NCBI RefSeq assembly: GCF_009914755.1
Contig: NC_060939.1
Direction: 5' to 3' (one strand)
Length of the DNA stretch: 64,000 nucleotides
DNA from: the human T2T-CHM13v2.0 reference genome, Homo sapiens
Part shown: positions 62,325-64,000 of the stretch, in pieces
Layout: each line of letters begins with the position of its first letter
Numbering within the stretch: the stretch's first letter is position 1
The notes under the pieces: model-generated
Databases searched by the model: none
What the model was told of the DNA's origin: nothing
The model's input: the letters and a program-made list of their open reading frames with translations, nothing else
Made by a program: the position numbers and the translations under genes

Positions 62325-62888
62325 CTGTAAAATATAAACAGATGGAACTAGATAAGTGCTAATAATACAATCTCTATTCCTTAAACAACTTAATTCCTTC
62401 TTTAACATCAAATTCTCAAAGGTATTAAATAATCTTTATTTAAGATATACAACTTAAAGAATTAGAAAATGTGACACAATAAAGCTGTATTCCACCAATA
62501 AACTCAGTGTGATGGTTATCTTAGCAATAACAGTAGTAACAGAATTTTTACAACTGAAAAATATTTTTATATTTTGTCCACAAGCAGAGCTATTCAAATA
62601 CTCTTGCCGGGTCCAGTGGCTCACGCCTGTAATCCCAGCACTTTGGGAGGCTGAGGAGGGTGGATCACAAGGTCAGGAGTTCGAGACCAACCTGGACAAC
62701 ATGGTGAAACCCCCGTCTCTACTAAAAATACAAAAATTAGCTGGGTGTGGCGGCACGTGCCTGTATTCCCAGCTACTTGGGAGGCTGAGGCAGGAGAATC
62801 ACTTGAACCAGCGAGTCGGAGGTTGCAGTGAGCCAAGATTGCGCCGCCACTGCACACTCCAGTCTGGCAACAGAGCGAGACTCTGTCT

Positions 62889-62889
<1 letters not shown>

Positions 62890-62956
<67 letters not shown>
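62890..62956. repeat. Poly(A) plus (TA)n compound microsatellite at an Alu tail
   Basis: About 32 A followed by about 18 TA units. Confidence 0.95.
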
Positions 62957-62958
<2 letters not shown>

Positions 62959-63104
62959 TTGTATGTACTGACATACTGAAGTTTGACACACTTTTTCCTA
63001 ACATAAGATAGGACCATGTAGTATAAAGTGCCAACATTTTACTTACTAAGGTCATTTAGTTAAAGCACATATAAGAGGCAATGTGAAAGTCTCCACAAAA
63101 GTAG

Positions 63105-63553
<449 letters not shown>

Positions 63554-64000
63554 TAGGATGGTCTCGATCTCCTGACCTCATGATCCGCCCGCCTTGGCCT
63601 CCCAAAGTGCTGGGATTACAAGTGTGAGCCACCCTGCCCGGCCAATTCCTGGTTATTTTTCAACAGTAATATAAGGAGAAATTGAGGGAAAATTCTTGCC
63701 TTTTTATAAAGTAATGACCAGGAACAAATTATTCAGTTACTGCAAATCTTTTGCTTTAAGCTAAAACATTTGCTTTAACAACTCCAGTTGTTAAAGAATG
63801 CTTACAAAAGTTGTTTCCATATAGACTCTGAAGTTATATTGTTTCTACTTATTTATTTACATTTATAAAAATAGCAATGGGGTTTTGCCACGTTGTCCAG
63901 GCTGGTCTCAAACTCCTGGCTGAGGCAACCGTCCCGCCTTCGCCTCCAAAAGAAGGAATGGCATATAAAAGATAGTGATCTTTTGGTTCACAGTTTTCCC

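Noticed and set aside
62178-62411. 77-aa minus-strand ORF MMLKKELSCL...
   Set aside because: It is an off-frame overlap of PCLAF exon 3 plus intron; the real frame is defined by the splice sites.

Overview
Alu-dense primate genomic DNA, almost certainly human: an AluYb8 with its diagnostic 7-bp duplication is present. I recognise the locus as CSNK1G1-PCLAF (15q22.31). PCLAF (KIAA0101/PAF15) is identified from translated exon 3 (62162-62324) and exon 4 (CDS 51574-51619) on the minus strand. The CpG island at ~41.0-42.0 kb, with a minus-strand non-coding exon ending at a donor at 41532, is assigned to CSNK1G1 by synteny, so 1-41531 is its first intron. That intron holds a full-length, disabled L1PA2 (12505-18518) with an intact 5'UTR and ORF0, an LTR2 solo LTR, an MLT2A LTR, MER1A/MER5 DNA transposons and old L1, MIR and L2 fragments. 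Roughly 80 Alu pieces (by eye) occur across the window. The best candidate for an overlooked system is in PCLAF intron 3: an old, TSD-bounded CD24 retrocopy (55319-59271). Its 3'UTR is broken by 7 Alus, yet it keeps an intact 67-aa ORF (signal peptide, short Ser/Thr-rich peptide, GPI signal) and carries CRE-like and TATA-like motifs inside the TSDs. Other points of note are the L1 antisense promoter aligned with CSNK1G1, a probable L1 3' transduction, an 89-bp fold-back palindrome, a perfect 71-bp tandem duplication, inverted Alus flanking the skippable PCLAF exon 3, and repeated reuse of retrotransposon insertion sites. Most ORFs in the supplied track are Alu artefacts.
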